In this document: piece by piece, positions 21,416 through 32,265 of the stretch
Layout: every line of letters starts with the position of its first letter
How positions within the stretch are numbered: position 1 is the stretch's first letter
Assembly (NCBI GenBank): GCA_050916045.1
Contig: CP051526.1
Coordinates: 2,880,001-2,944,000, forward strand
Reading direction: 5' to 3'
DNA length: 64,000 bases
Origin: Tepidisphaera sp.
GTDB lineage: Bacteria; Planctomycetota; Phycisphaerae; Phycisphaerales; UBA1924
Notes under the pieces: model-generated
Told to the model about the DNA's origin: nothing
The model's input: the letters and a program-made list of their open reading frames with translations, nothing else
The model's database searches: none
Made by a program: the position numbers and the translations under genes

Positions 21416-23983
21416 TTACGGCCCGTTGGTGGCGGAGGAGCTTCGCAGCTCGTTCTCGATCTGCATCCAGCGGGCGGCCTGCGGTTCATCACCGAGGCGT
21501 TTGTACGACCATCGGATCGCGCCGGCGATGCGCGGCGCGAGAGCCGCGACGGCGGGCTCGGACTTTGTGCATTCAAAGGCGCGCTCAAGGTACGGCAGGG
21601 ATTCGCGAGCGGCGCCGCCGATGGAGTACATCGTGCCCACCTGGAGCAGCACGGGCACGACGGCTTTGCCGCACGGCGATGTCGCCGCGGCGAGTTCGGC
21701 CAGCGTCGCATCGGCTTCGGCGAAGGACTCGTCCTTCTGCCCAGCGTAAAGCAGCGCTCCGGCGAGGTACATGCGCGACTGGGCGATCTGGGCGAGCGGG
21801 ATGCCGATTGCTTTCTGTCGGTCGATCGCGGCCCGCATGGGCTCGATGGTCGAGGGGCCGTCACCGCGACGGGCTTTGGCGTAGTGAAGCAGGACCGCAC
21901 CCGCGACGACATCGGCGTGGTCGGGACCGGAAGCTTCGGCGCTCGCCGCATACGTCTGTTCGAGAATGCGGACGGACTCATCGAGTTGGCCGTTTTCCAT
22001 GTAGGAGATGCCGAGCTGCCACCCCATGTTGTGCGTCATCGGGTCCTTGGGCGAAAGCCGAGCCCTGATCTCGTAGCCCTCGCGGGCATACGGCAAGCCT
22101 TCGGCGGCGGCCCCCTTTCGCCCGAGCGTCACGCCGAGATTGGAGAGTGCCGACGCACGCAGAAGCTCGTCTTTCTTCGCGACCTCGCTTTCGAGCATGG
22201 ATCGGAGCATCTCGATGGCTTTGTCGTAGTTTCCGGTGGTGGAATAGGTCTGAGCCAGCGCGCCGGTGGTCTGATAGATCACCTGCGGTGACTCCGCGGC
22301 GCGGGCGAGTTCCGATGCGAGGACGAACCTCTTCTCGGCTTCCTCGGGCATGCTCTTGCGGCTCGCGACGTAGCCCAGGCGCAGCATCATCGTGGCACGC
22401 AACACCTTGGCGCGTGCGACCGTCTGGTCCGCGAGGGAGTCGATCTGCGGAAGGAGGAGACGCTCGACGGTGTCGTAGTCGCCGATCAGGTACAGCGGCT
22501 CGCCGATCGCGCTCGCGACTTCCGCCCGAACGATCACATCATCCGGGGAATCCTTGATGAAGTCGGACGCGACGGTTCTGAGAATCTGCTCAAAGGTGGC
22601 TTTGGCTCCAAGTCTGGCGGGATGTGCCCGCATGAGCAGATCACGGAGGTATGTCGAGACCTCTTCGGCGCGAGCGAGTGACCGATCGGCCCGTTCCTTC
22701 TCGGCTTGGGCTTCGGCGAGGGATGCTTCGGCGGCCTGGCGGTCGAGGATCGCTCTTCGAAAGCCTGTGGCGGCGATCCCCAAGCCGGCGAGCAGCGCGA
22801 GCAGAACGATCGCCGCGGAGGCAACTTGAATCCGGTTGCGCTGGACAAACTTTCGGAACTGGTACCACGCCGAGGGTGGTTTGGCTTTGATCGGCCGACC
22901 GGCGAGAAACCGCTCGATGTCCTCGGCGAGCTCGCTCGCGGTTCGGTACCGGTGCTCGGGGTCGGCGTCGCAGGCTTTGAGCACCAGGCAATCAAGCTCG
23001 GAGGGTGTTCCCCGGGCGACACCCCGCGAAGCTCGCCCGCGGGGGACCTGGCTCGGCGGCACGCGCGGATGGTTGCGGATCGCATCGCGAAGCTCGGCCA
23101 CCGTGAGCGAATGGAGATACTCCGCGGGCACCGGCTGCACGCCGGTCAGAAGCTCGTAGAGAATGACACCGAGCGCGTACACGTCCGAACGGATGTCCGC
23201 GTCGGGCTGAACTCGGTCGGCCTGCTCGGGGCTCATGTACGCGAGCGTGCCGAGCAGCTGACCCGAGAGCGTTCGCCCGCCCTGGGCCGCGTCGCTCGCG
23301 AGAAGCTTGGCGACGCCGAAATCGATCACCTTCGGCACGGAATGGGCGTCCTCATCGGCGACGAGGATGTTGGATGGCTTGAGGTCGCGGTGAAGGATGC
23401 CTCGGTTGTGCGCGTGCTGGACGCCGCGGAAGACCTGCACGAAGAGCTCAAGGCGCCTGGCGAGCGAGAGATTGTGCAGCGCCGCGTACTCGGTGATCGG
23501 CGGTCCGTCGACGAGCTCCATCGCGATGTACGAGCGGCCATCCTGAGCGGATCCGGCGTCGAGAAACCGGGCGATGTTCCGATGCTCCATCCGGGCGAGG
23601 GCTTGCCGCTCATGCTCGAACCTCTCGAGCAGTTGCTTGCTCCCGAGTTCGGCGCGGAGCACCTTCACCGCCGCTCGCCGCTTGACGGGGACATGCTGAT
23701 GGGCGCGGTACACGCTCCCCATGCCTCCCTGGGCGATCAGGCCCTCCACGACGAAGGGGCCGATGCGCTCGGGAATCAAGCCAGCCACCATCAGCGACTC
23801 GGGAGCCGGGAAAAGCGGGGTAAGCTGATCGGCGGCATCGCCGGAGAGGAGGCGCCGGGCCTCGGCGGCCAACTCGGGGTCGTCCGAGAGGCGCTCGGCG
23901 ATCCACGCGTCGCGCTGGCCCGGATCGAGGCTTTCCAGAATCAGCAGGGATTCCTTCAGTCTCTCGCGACGCGATTCTTCCAT
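21416..23983 (-). CDS. Ser/Thr kinase with TM segment and TPR repeats (STK3)
   Basis: GGMG, AAVK, HRDLKPSN, DFG, GTLAYMSPE. Confidence 0.92.
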   Translation of the reverse strand: MEESRRERLKESLLILESLDPGQRDAWIAERLSDDPELAAEARRLLSGDAADQLTPLFPAPESLMVAGLIPERIGPFVVEGLIAQGGMGSVYRAHQHVPVKRRAAVKVLRAELGSKQLLERFEHERQALARMEHRNIARFLDAGSAQDGRSYIAMELVDGPPITEYAALHNLSLARRLELFVQVFRGVQHAHNRGILHRDLKPSNILVADEDAHSVPKVIDFGVAKLLASDAAQGGRTLSGQLLGTLAYMSPEQADRVQPDADIRSDVYALGVILYELLTGVQPVPAEYLHSLTVAELRDAIRNHPRVPPSQVPRGRASRGVARGTPSELDCLVLKACDADPEHRYRTASELAEDIERFLAGRPIKAKPPSAWYQFRKFVQRNRIQVASAAIVLLALLAGLGIAATGFRRAILDRQAAEASLAEAQAEKERADRSLARAEEVSTYLRDLLMRAHPARLGAKATFEQILRTVASDFIKDSPDDVIVRAEVASAIGEPLYLIGDYDTVERLLLPQIDSLADQTVARAKVLRATMMLRLGYVASRKSMPEEAEKRFVLASELARAAESPQVIYQTTGALAQTYSTTGNYDKAIEMLRSMLESEVAKKDELLRASALSNLGVTLGRKGAAAEGLPYAREGYEIRARLSPKDPMTHNMGWQLGISYMENGQLDESVRILEQTYAASAEASGPDHADVVAGAVLLHYAKARRGDGPSTIEPMRAAIDRQKAIGIPLAQIAQSRMYLAGALLYAGQKDESFAEADATLAELAAATSPCGKAVVPVLLQVGTMYSIGGAARESLPYLERAFECTKSEPAVAALAPRIAGAIRWSYKRLGDEPQAARWMQIENELRSSSATNGP

Positions 23984-23988
23984 GGCAC

Positions 23989-24564
23989 TCACCTTGCTTC
24001 GACGCCGGACCGCAGTTCCTGCGCAAGCCACCGCCGCGCGAAGGCCCAGTCACGTTCGACCGTCCGTTCCGTCACCCCCAAAGCCAGGGCGATCTCCGAG
24101 AACCCCAGCCCTAGGTAAAAACGCATTGTGACGACGGTTGCCGACCTCTGATCGACGGATTCCAGCCGGGTCAGGGCCTGATCGATGCCCAGGACCTCTT
24201 CGGGGCTCCGGTTGATCGCCAACTCGGCCTGGTCGAGGCCGACCCGTTCGGCCTGACCACCGCGCTTGGCCGCCGTCGCCCGTCGGGCCCGATCCACAAG
24301 AATGTGCCGCATGGCGATCGCGGCGGCTCCCATGAAATGGGACTGCCCCTGCCACGGCCTCGTCGGATTCTTGACGAGCTTGACAAAGACCTCATGAATG
24401 AGTTCGGTCGGTTGAAGCGAGGCACCCGGGCCGTGCGACCTGAGGCGGTGCTCGGCGAGCGATCGCAACTCGCTCTAAACACGGGAGATGAGTTCGTCGG
24501 GACGACCGAGATTCTCGGAATCGGAGACACCGGAAACGATCGGGGTTTGTTCCATCCCGCTCAT
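23989..24564 (-). pseudogene. TIGR02999-type ECF sigma factor (ECF3) with in-frame TAG at 24475-24477
   Basis: Reads DELISRV-*-SELRSLA where the two paralogues read LYDELRRLA and IYDQLRALA; remainder intact (SLQPTELIHE, TVERDWAFARRWL). Confidence 0.8.
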
Positions 24565-24752
24565 GATCCAACATGATACCCAAGTCCCGGGGTGACCACC
24601 CTTCCCGCTCAGAAGGGTGAGATTCGACCTTGGCGTGTCGGCGACCGAACGCGGATTGCGTCTAGAGGGGGGACGGCCCCGCGCGAGCTTCGTGGCTCGG
24701 CGGTTTGGCCCTCTCCCTCGGCCCGTCGCCGGGTCCAACTCGGAGATTCATC

Positions 24753-25511
24753 ATGCATAAGCAGCATCGTCGGTTCGTCGCGCCCCTCCTCGCGTTCGCC
24801 GCTCTCGCTGGCGGCGGTTTCTGGTTCTCGAGCGCCCAAGCCCAGTCCCAGCCCGCGGCTTCCAAGTCGCCGACGTGGGCGGCGGGCGGCAAGCGTGAAC
24901 GGTGGACCCCGGACAACTGCGTCTTCGCGTTCGTCGACCACCAGACGGGCCTGATGAACCTCGTCAACGACACCCCGGCCGTGGAGTACAAGAACTACGT
25001 GGTCGGCCTCGCCAAGCTCGCGAAGATCCACAACATCCCGTCCGTCATCACGACGAGCGCCGAAGACGGCCCCAACGGCCCCAAGCTCCCCGAGGTCGTC
25101 GCGCTGCTTCCCAACGCCCCGTACATCAAGCGCAACGGCCAGATCAACGCGTGGGAGGACCCGGCGTTCGTCGACGCGATCAAGAAGACCGGCCGGAAGA
25201 AGATCGTGATGAGCGGGATCACGACCGACGTCTGCGTGGCGTTCGCGGCCCTCTCGGCGCTGGACGCCGGGTTTGAGGTCTATGTGGTCTCCGACGCTTC
25301 GGGATCGATGAGCGAGCAGACGCAGCTTGCTTCGCTGATGCGGATGCAGGATGCGGGCGCGATCATCGGCACCTGGTTCGGCCTCTCCTGCGAGATGCTT
25401 TACGACTGGCGCAACCCCAAGGGCGCCGAATCGGCCCAGCTCTTCGTTGAGCACTTCCCCGCGTACGCCGAGATCTACCACAGCCACCAGTCCGCTTCGA
25501 AGAAGAAGTAA
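24753..25511 (+). CDS. YcaC-like isochorismatase-family cysteine hydrolase with signal peptide
   Basis: FVDHQ, GPNGP, RNGQINAW, TDVCV; leader HRRFVAPLLAFAALAGGGFWFSSAQA. Confidence 0.9.
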   Translation: MHKQHRRFVAPLLAFAALAGGGFWFSSAQAQSQPAASKSPTWAAGGKRERWTPDNCVFAFVDHQTGLMNLVNDTPAVEYKNYVVGLAKLAKIHNIPSVITTSAEDGPNGPKLPEVVALLPNAPYIKRNGQINAWEDPAFVDAIKKTGRKKIVMSGITTDVCVAFAALSALDAGFEVYVVSDASGSMSEQTQLASLMRMQDAGAIIGTWFGLSCEMLYDWRNPKGAESAQLFVEHFPAYAEIYHSHQSASKKK

Positions 25512-25654
25512 CGGGCGTTCTCCCCGACCCGTTTCATCCTCCGCCGGCTGACGCTCGCGGAGGGGATTCGTCCGCAATCCGCAAGCGGCAGCTCGCCGTT
25601 CGATGTCCTTCACAGGATCGGCTCCTGACCGCCGCTGACCCGTCGACATACGCC

Positions 25655-26101
25655 ATGAATACACCAGATCACAACCGTCTTGTCCGCCCGGCCGTCTTCG
25701 GCCTGAGCGCTGCGCTCCTCGCCATGCTCTGGGGCTTCCCGGGAGTGGGCAAGCTCTTCGCTGGGGGCGTGCCGGAGTGGTTCACCGGGCAGTTCGGCAA
25801 GACGATCCTCGCGAAGTTCCCCGGCATGACGCTGAGCTTCTACTCAATCGCCGTGCTTGAGTGCCTCGCCGCGCTCGTCGCGCTCGCTTCGCTGCTCCGT
25901 GGCGAGTTCCTGCGCGATCGCTCGCCGGTCATGCTCTATCTCGCGATCCTGCTCACCATGCTCCTGTTCGTGCAGCTCAGCGTGGGCAAACAGCTCCTGA
26001 TGGACTTCGCCGGCATCCACGACCTCTTCATGTACTTCGCCGGAAGCGTCGTCTTGCTGCTCGCGGTCAGGTCCCTCGACACCTCCGCCGCACGACCCTG
26101 A
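25655..26101 (+). CDS. DoxX-like membrane protein
   Basis: Four hydrophobic segments, GVGKL and IAVLE; operon context. Confidence 0.65.
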   Translation: MNTPDHNRLVRPAVFGLSAALLAMLWGFPGVGKLFAGGVPEWFTGQFGKTILAKFPGMTLSFYSIAVLECLAALVALASLLRGEFLRDRSPVMLYLAILLTMLLFVQLSVGKQLLMDFAGIHDLFMYFAGSVVLLLAVRSLDTSAARP

Positions 26102-26139
26102 TTCATCCGCACACACCCCCACCCAAGCCAGGAGTCCGC

Positions 26140-27984
26140 ATGTCCACCAACCCCGCCACAAGCCTGCGCCGCCGCGACTTCCTCCGCGTTTCTGCCGTCG
26201 CCGCTTTCGCCGCCGGCCTCCCCGGCTGCGCCTCAAGCTCACGCCCGGAGGATGCGAGCCAAGCACCCGACCTCATCATCCACAACGCGAAAATCACCAC
26301 CCTCGACCGCAGCAAGCCGACCGCCCAAGCCCTCGCCGTCCGTAACGGCACGATCGTGAGCGTAGGGACCAACGATGAGGTGCTCCCGCTCCGTGCGGCG
26401 GGCACGAACGTCGTCGACGCACGTGGCAGGCGCATGATCCCCGGCCTCAACGACACGCACACGCACACCGTCCGCGGCGGTCTCAATTACGCGCTCGAAC
26501 TCCGCTGGGACGGCGTCACAAGCCTCAAGCAGGGCTTGCAGATGCTCCGCGAGCAGGTCCGCCGCACGCCGGCCGGCCAGTGGGTCCGCGTCGTCGGCGG
26601 CTGGTCGTACGCCCAGTTCGAAGAGAAGCGGCTCCCAACGCTCGACGAGCTCAACGCCATCGCGCCCGACACGCCCGTCTTCGTGCTCTACGTCTACACC
26701 TCGGCCATGCTCAACAAAGCATGCCTGAAGTACCTCGGCATCGACAAGAACTTCCCCGGGAACAAGTACCCCGGCGGCCAGATCGTGCGCGACGCGTCCG
26801 GCGAGCCCACCGGCCTCCTCCTCGCCGACCCCTCGGCGCTCATCCTCTACTCCACCCTCAACGACGGCCCCAAGCTCAACATGGAGCAGCAGATGCTCTC
26901 CAGCCGTCACTTCATGAAGGAACTCAACCGCCTGGGCATCACAAGCTCCCTCGACTGCGGCGGCGGGTTCCAGAACTGGCCCGACGACTACCTCGTCATC
27001 AAGGAACTTCACAAACGCAACCAGCTCACGATGCGGATCGGCGTCTCGACGTTCATCCAGCGCCCGGGCAAGGAGCTCGAAGACTTCCGCGACTGGACCG
27101 AGCGCTACACGCCCCGCTTCGGCGGCCGGGGCGAGGGCGACGACATGTTCTATCTCCTGGGCGGTGGCGAGATGCTCGTCCGCTCCGCGTACGACTTTGA
27201 GGTCTTCAACATGCCGCGGGTCGTCCCGCCTGCCAACGCCGAAGCCGATCTCGAACGGGTCGTCCGCCTCCTCGCCGAGAAGAAGTGGCCCTTCCGCTTC
27301 CACGCGACCTACGACGAAACCATCACCCGACACCTCGACGTGCTCGAACGCGTCCACCGAGACATCCCAATCTCGGATCTGCACTGGATCGTCGATCACG
27401 CCGAATCGCTCAGCGATCGCAACATCGACCGCATCGCCGCCATGAAGGGCGGCGTCGCCATCCAGAACCGCATCGCCTTCCAGGAGCTCCCCTTCCTCGA
27501 ACGCTACGGACCACAAGCCGCCGATGAAGCCCCGCCCGTCAAGCGGATCATGAAAGCCGGCATCCCCGTCGGCGCCGGCACCGACATGTCCCGCGTCAGC
27601 AGCTACAACCCCTGGGCCTGCCTCCGCTGGCTCGTCACCGGCAAGGGTGAAGGCGGCGCGACGCTTCTCTCCTCGCGCACGCGTCTCGACCGCGAAACCG
27701 CCCTCCGCATCTGGTGCGACAACGCGTGGTTCAGCCGCGAGGAGTCGGCCAAGGGACGCCTCGCTCCCGGCCTCTTCGCCGACCTCTCGCTCCTCAGCGA
27801 GGACTACTTCTCCGTCGAACCCGACCGCATCGCCGACCTGCACAGCGTGATGACCCTCGTCGGCGGCCGGGTCGTCCACGCATCAAACGAGTTCGCCTCT
27901 CTCGACCCCCGCCTCCCCGAGCTCGACCCCTCGTGGTCACCCGTCAAGCACTACGCCTCGTGGCGCGGAGGTCGGAAGTCATGA
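26140..27984 (+). CDS. YtcJ/NfdA-like amidohydrolase with Tat-lipoprotein leader
   Basis: IPGLNDTHTH, FHATYDE, DHAE, GTD; leader LRRRDFLRVSAVAAFAAGLPGC; SD AGGAG. Confidence 0.92.
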   Translation: MSTNPATSLRRRDFLRVSAVAAFAAGLPGCASSSRPEDASQAPDLIIHNAKITTLDRSKPTAQALAVRNGTIVSVGTNDEVLPLRAAGTNVVDARGRRMIPGLNDTHTHTVRGGLNYALELRWDGVTSLKQGLQMLREQVRRTPAGQWVRVVGGWSYAQFEEKRLPTLDELNAIAPDTPVFVLYVYTSAMLNKACLKYLGIDKNFPGNKYPGGQIVRDASGEPTGLLLADPSALILYSTLNDGPKLNMEQQMLSSRHFMKELNRLGITSSLDCGGGFQNWPDDYLVIKELHKRNQLTMRIGVSTFIQRPGKELEDFRDWTERYTPRFGGRGEGDDMFYLLGGGEMLVRSAYDFEVFNMPRVVPPANAEADLERVVRLLAEKKWPFRFHATYDETITRHLDVLERVHRDIPISDLHWIVDHAESLSDRNIDRIAAMKGGVAIQNRIAFQELPFLERYGPQAADEAPPVKRIMKAGIPVGAGTDMSRVSSYNPWACLRWLVTGKGEGGATLLSSRTRLDRETALRIWCDNAWFSREESAKGRLAPGLFADLSLLSEDYFSVEPDRIADLHSVMTLVGGRVVHASNEFASLDPRLPELDPSWSPVKHYASWRGGRKS

Positions 27985-29501
27985 ACACCTCGCCTGTCTC
28001 GTCCCTTCCCCGAATCGCCGGCCTCGCGATCGGTGCTTCCATCTTCGCCTCCCTCCTCGCCACCGTCGCATCCGCGCAGCCCGCGTCGCCACCAGCGCCG
28101 TCCGACCCCGCGGCCAAGCCGGCTCCGGCATCGCCTCCCGCCCCGCCTCCCTTCAAGCTCTTCCGCTACGAAGACGATTTTTCCTCCTTCGCCGATCCCG
28201 CCAAACGCTCCGGCTTCTTCGACGACATCAAGTACATCTCCCTCGAAGATCAGTCTCCCATCACCCTCTCCCTCGGCGGCGAGCTCCGAAGCCGGTACGA
28301 GTACTCCTCGGCTCCCCTCTTCGGCCTCCGCCGACCCGGGCACGATGACTTCTTCCTCCAGCGTTTCCTCCTCCACGCAGATCTCCACGTCGGCAAGTAC
28401 GAGGAACTCCACGGCAGGGCTTTCGTCCAGATCGCTTCCGGCCTGGTCTTCGGCGAAGAATTCCCCAAAGCCGGCAACCAGGACAACGCTCTTGACGTTC
28501 AGCAGGCCTTCGGCGAAGTCAACTGGGGCGACAACCGCGCTCCCGCGCTCGCGAGTGGCGGCTCGGCGTTCTCGATCCGCGCCGGCCGGCAAGAGATGGG
28601 CTTTGGCTCCTTCCGCCTCGTCACCATCCGCGAGCCCACCAACTCCCGCCTCGCTTTCGACGGCGTGCGAGCCACGTGGAACGTCGACCGCATGACCTTC
28701 GACGCCTTCCTCGTCCGCCCCGCGGACACCAAGCCCGGCGTCTTCAACGACGGCGAGGACGACAACACGACCTTCTGGGGCCTGCACTCCTCCTTCCCTC
28801 TCGCCCCCGAACGCAAGCTCGGCGTGGATTTCTACTACTTCGGCCTCAGTCGCGAGAACACCCGGTTTCAATCCGGCGTGGGCGATGAACTCCGCCACTC
28901 CGTTGGCGCTCGCCTTTGGGGGCGCGACAACGGCTGGGACCACGACACCGAAGCCGTCTTCCAGTTCGGCACCTTCGACCGCGTGAGCGCCTCTGAAGAC
29001 ATCATCGCCTGGACCATCGCCAGCAACACCGGCTACACCTTCGAGTCTTCCTCACTCAAGCCGCGCATCGGGCTCAAGCTCAACTACGCCAGCGGCGACG
29101 AAGACCCCACCGACGGCACCCTCGGCACCTTCAACCCCCTCTTCCCGCGCAACAACTACTTCAGCGACGCCAACCTCCTCGCTCCGTACAACTTCTTCGA
29201 CATCCATCCCACCTTCGCCATCAAGCCCGTCCAGTCGCTCACGCTCACGGCAGGCTTCGACATCTTCTTCCGAACGAGCGAAGACGACGCCGTCTTCTCT
29301 CCGACGGGCATCGTGATCGCCGGACCCGCTTCCGACAGCCGCTTCGTCGGCAGCACGCTGAACATCGCGGCCGACTGGGCCATCAACCGCCACCTCACCC
29401 TCTCGGGGAGCTTCGCCCACTTCTTCCGAGGCGATGTCGTCTCCGACGCGGGCGGCAAGGATGTGGACTACTTCGGCCTCTGGCTGACCGCGAAGTTCTA
29501 A
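27981..29501 (+). CDS. Alginate-export (AlgE-like) outer-membrane beta-barrel
   Basis: Signal peptide; LGGELRSRYE, LLHADLH, GRQE, ASGD..., GTFNPLFP; terminal Phe; ATGA overlap. Confidence 0.88.
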   Translation: MNTSPVSSLPRIAGLAIGASIFASLLATVASAQPASPPAPSDPAAKPAPASPPAPPPFKLFRYEDDFSSFADPAKRSGFFDDIKYISLEDQSPITLSLGGELRSRYEYSSAPLFGLRRPGHDDFFLQRFLLHADLHVGKYEELHGRAFVQIASGLVFGEEFPKAGNQDNALDVQQAFGEVNWGDNRAPALASGGSAFSIRAGRQEMGFGSFRLVTIREPTNSRLAFDGVRATWNVDRMTFDAFLVRPADTKPGVFNDGEDDNTTFWGLHSSFPLAPERKLGVDFYYFGLSRENTRFQSGVGDELRHSVGARLWGRDNGWDHDTEAVFQFGTFDRVSASEDIIAWTIASNTGYTFESSSLKPRIGLKLNYASGDEDPTDGTLGTFNPLFPRNNYFSDANLLAPYNFFDIHPTFAIKPVQSLTLTAGFDIFFRTSEDDAVFSPTGIVIAGPASDSRFVGSTLNIAADWAINRHLTLSGSFAHFFRGDVVSDAGGKDVDYFGLWLTAKF

Positions 29502-29514
29502 CCGTACTTCCGCT

Positions 29515-29889
29515 TCACGCCCGCTCGCTGTGCAGCGCGATGCAGTTCCCTTCGCAGTCCTCAAACTCCGCGACGAATCCGAGTTCGCCGATCGATGTCG
29601 TGGGGTAAAGCGTCCTTCCGCCCGCGCGGATCGCCCGCTCGATGGTGTCCTCGATGCGATCGACGGAGAAGTAAAGCCGGCTGCCCTGCTTGCCCGGCAC
29701 ATAGCTGTCGCCCTGAGCAAGTGCACCCACCGCTCCAGCTTCATCCTTCGGCGGCGGGAAGAAAGCCATGATGTTCCCATCCACCTCGCCCCGCTCGAGC
29801 TTGACGCCGAACACGCTCTCGTAGAACACCACCGCCCGATCCATATCACCCACGGGAATCTCGAAGTACTTCACCACGGCACCCATCAT
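29515..29889 (-). CDS. VOC/glyoxalase family protein
   Basis: FEIPVGDMDRAVVFYESVFG...FEDCEGNCIAL. Confidence 0.9.
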   Translation of the reverse strand: MMGAVVKYFEIPVGDMDRAVVFYESVFGVKLERGEVDGNIMAFFPPPKDEAGAVGALAQGDSYVPGKQGSRLYFSVDRIEDTIERAIRAGGRTLYPTTSIGELGFVAEFEDCEGNCIALHSERA

Positions 29890-30027
29890 TCACTCCTCTT
29901 CCCAAGACCAGCCACAACGACCCTGGAAACCGATCGACCCCTGACTCTACACCGCTTCCGCGATCGAACGGCTTTGAGAGCCGTCAGCGGATCGATCCCC
30001 GGTCTCTGCCGCTATCATCGACAACCG

Positions 30028-30969
30028 ATGCCCGCTTCAGCCCTCAAGAGCGCCGCAAACACCCCCGACGCGGGCCGCGGCAGCACCGCGGCTCCGGAAG
30101 CGATCAAGGCCGTCGGCGACCTCGTGAAGTCCCACGGCCCCAAGCTCCACCGGCTCGCCCTCCGCCTCTGCGGCCACCACGCCGACGCCGAGGACATGGT
30201 CCAAAGCGTGTTCGTCCAGGCGCTCCGCAAGTGGCACACCTTCCGCGGACACGCGAGCCCCGGCACATGGCTCTACGCCATCGCCGCCCGCGCGTGCAAA
30301 GCCCGCACCCGCCGCAAGGGCGGCATCGACCGGCGTCAGCCCGCGCTCTCGCAGCTCATGCCATGGAGCGAAACCACGGTCATGGAGATCGCCGCCGCAC
30401 CCGAAGGCCGCGAGAGCAAAGCCGAACGCAACGAAGCCGTCCGCCGCGTGCAGGCCGAGATCGCCCGACTCCCCGAACACCTCCGCTTGCCGCTGGTGCT
30501 CAAGGATGTCCTCGAGATGCCCACCGATGACGTCGCCGCATCCCTCGGACTCGCCGAAAACACCGTCAAGACCCGGATCCACAGAGCACGCCTCGCCCTG
30601 CGCAAAGCCATGACCGCACGGTCGCCCGCCGTCGAGGCTTCACCGCCGATTTACGAGAAGCAGGTCTGCCTCGACCTGCTCAAAGCCAAGATGGACGCGA
30701 TGGATCGCGGCGGAACCGCCGCCGGACGAAAGGTCCCGCAAGCCGAAGTGTGCGCACGATGCCGCGCCGTCTTCCGCGAGCTCGACATCGTTCAGGACGC
30801 CTGCGCGAAGATCGGTGAAGGCGAAATGCCCGCTCCGCTCCGAAACAAGATCCTCAAAGCCCTCAGCGACCACGCCCGCGTCTCTCGGGGAACACCGATC
30901 CCTGCACCCCGCGGCCGCAAGCCTGTCGCGGGAAAGCTCGCTTCTCCCGACAAGTCGCGAGTCCGTTAA
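30028..30969 (+). CDS. ECF sigma factor with Cys-containing C-terminal extension
   Basis: DAEDMVQ, TWLYAIA, NTVKTRIHRARLAL, then VCLD...VCARC...DAC. Confidence 0.88.
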   Translation: MPASALKSAANTPDAGRGSTAAPEAIKAVGDLVKSHGPKLHRLALRLCGHHADAEDMVQSVFVQALRKWHTFRGHASPGTWLYAIAARACKARTRRKGGIDRRQPALSQLMPWSETTVMEIAAAPEGRESKAERNEAVRRVQAEIARLPEHLRLPLVLKDVLEMPTDDVAASLGLAENTVKTRIHRARLALRKAMTARSPAVEASPPIYEKQVCLDLLKAKMDAMDRGGTAAGRKVPQAEVCARCRAVFRELDIVQDACAKIGEGEMPAPLRNKILKALSDHARVSRGTPIPAPRGRKPVAGKLASPDKSRVR

Positions 30970-31100
30970 CCGCTCCCAACCAGACACTCGCCCATCGTCC
31001 TCTCGCCGATCACCGTTCGACCGAGGATTCCGAGATCCGGTGTATCAGCGAGGGCTTTGGCACCTCCTCCGGTTGGCATTCCCGCCTCCAGGAGTTCAAG

Positions 31101-32138
31101 ATGGCCACCACGCTCATGACCGCCCTCGCCGCAACCGTCGCCGCCGGCCTCGCGGCCGTCCCGGTCTACTTCGCCCGCCCGATCGCAACGGGGACCTACG
31201 TCACCTCGATCTCAAACGGCATCGCCGCCGGAACCCGGGGCAACCACGCCGTCATCTGGAACAGCGGCCGCCCGCTGGATGTCCACCCCGCCGGCTTCAG
31301 CTTCTCGGCCATCAACTCCCGCGCGGGAAACCTCAGCGCCGGCTACGCGGGGATCACTTCGCTGTCGCAGACGCCGATGATCTGGGAGGGCAACGTCGCT
31401 CACCCGCTGAGCGTTCCGTTCGATTACGTCACCGGCCACGCCGAAGCCACCGACGGTGTTCAAGCCGTCGGATTCGCCACCGAAACCGATCCTGAACGCG
31501 GCATCGGCTCGTCGCACGCTCTGGTGTGGAACCTCGCGACCGGTGAAGTGATCGATCTGGGCAACAACGCCACGCTCACCGGCGTCAGCGGAGGCGTGCA
31601 GGTCGGCTGGCAGACCGGCTCCCGCGGATCGACCGCCGCCCTCTGGCGCGGCGAATCCAACACGGTCGTCGATCTTCACGTCGCAAGCCAGGACTCGTCC
31701 ATGGCGACCGACACCGACGGCGTCATCGAGGTTGGCTACGTCGGCGTCGACATCCGCGTCCGACACGAAGGCCGCCCCCGTGACATCCGCTTCTACTCCG
31801 CGGGCTACTGGTCCGGCACCGCCGAGAGCTTCACCTACTTGCCATCCGCCTACCGCCACTCCTTCGCCCTCGCGGTCGGCGACGACACCATCGTCGGCTA
31901 CGGCAACACGACCGACGCGATCGGATTCCCCCGCGAAAGCCGCGCCGTCGCGTGGATCGGCCCCGAGCACACCTTCGTCGACCTCCACGCCCTCCTGCCC
32001 GCCGACATGCGGACAAGCATCGCTTCCGATGTGGACGAAACCGGCAACATCGTGGGCTACGGCGTCACCAACACCGGAGTCCTTCGGGCGTACATCTGGC
32101 AGGGCCGGACGCTCGAACCCATCGGCTCGACCCGGTGA
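31101..32138 (+). CDS. Secreted repeat protein (HAF-repeat-like propeller)
   Basis: Signal-like N-terminus; repeated HAVIW/HALVW/AALW...DLH units; SD AGGAG. Confidence 0.75.
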   Translation: MATTLMTALAATVAAGLAAVPVYFARPIATGTYVTSISNGIAAGTRGNHAVIWNSGRPLDVHPAGFSFSAINSRAGNLSAGYAGITSLSQTPMIWEGNVAHPLSVPFDYVTGHAEATDGVQAVGFATETDPERGIGSSHALVWNLATGEVIDLGNNATLTGVSGGVQVGWQTGSRGSTAALWRGESNTVVDLHVASQDSSMATDTDGVIEVGYVGVDIRVRHEGRPRDIRFYSAGYWSGTAESFTYLPSAYRHSFALAVGDDTIVGYGNTTDAIGFPRESRAVAWIGPEHTFVDLHALLPADMRTSIASDVDETGNIVGYGVTNTGVLRAYIWQGRTLEPIGSTR

Positions 32139-32265
32139 TATCCCGTTCTGGAGGAAATGCCGCGGCGGCAACTCCAACACTCGGCAAGCATACTTTCCTC
32201 GAAACCTGCTACGACCGTCTCCCCGATTCGCCGCACCCTCGCGCAGGTCTGGCGAGCCCATCAGT

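Noticed and set aside
24475..24477. Pyrrolysine or genome-wide TAG recoding
   Set aside because: TAG ends several ordinary genes here (e.g. 21408, 37959, 49048); no pyl genes in the window
29970..30005. ACCGG...CTCTCA upstream of the VOC gene as the same ECF promoter as ygaP
   Set aside because: Spacing differs by 3 nt and there is no GGAAC
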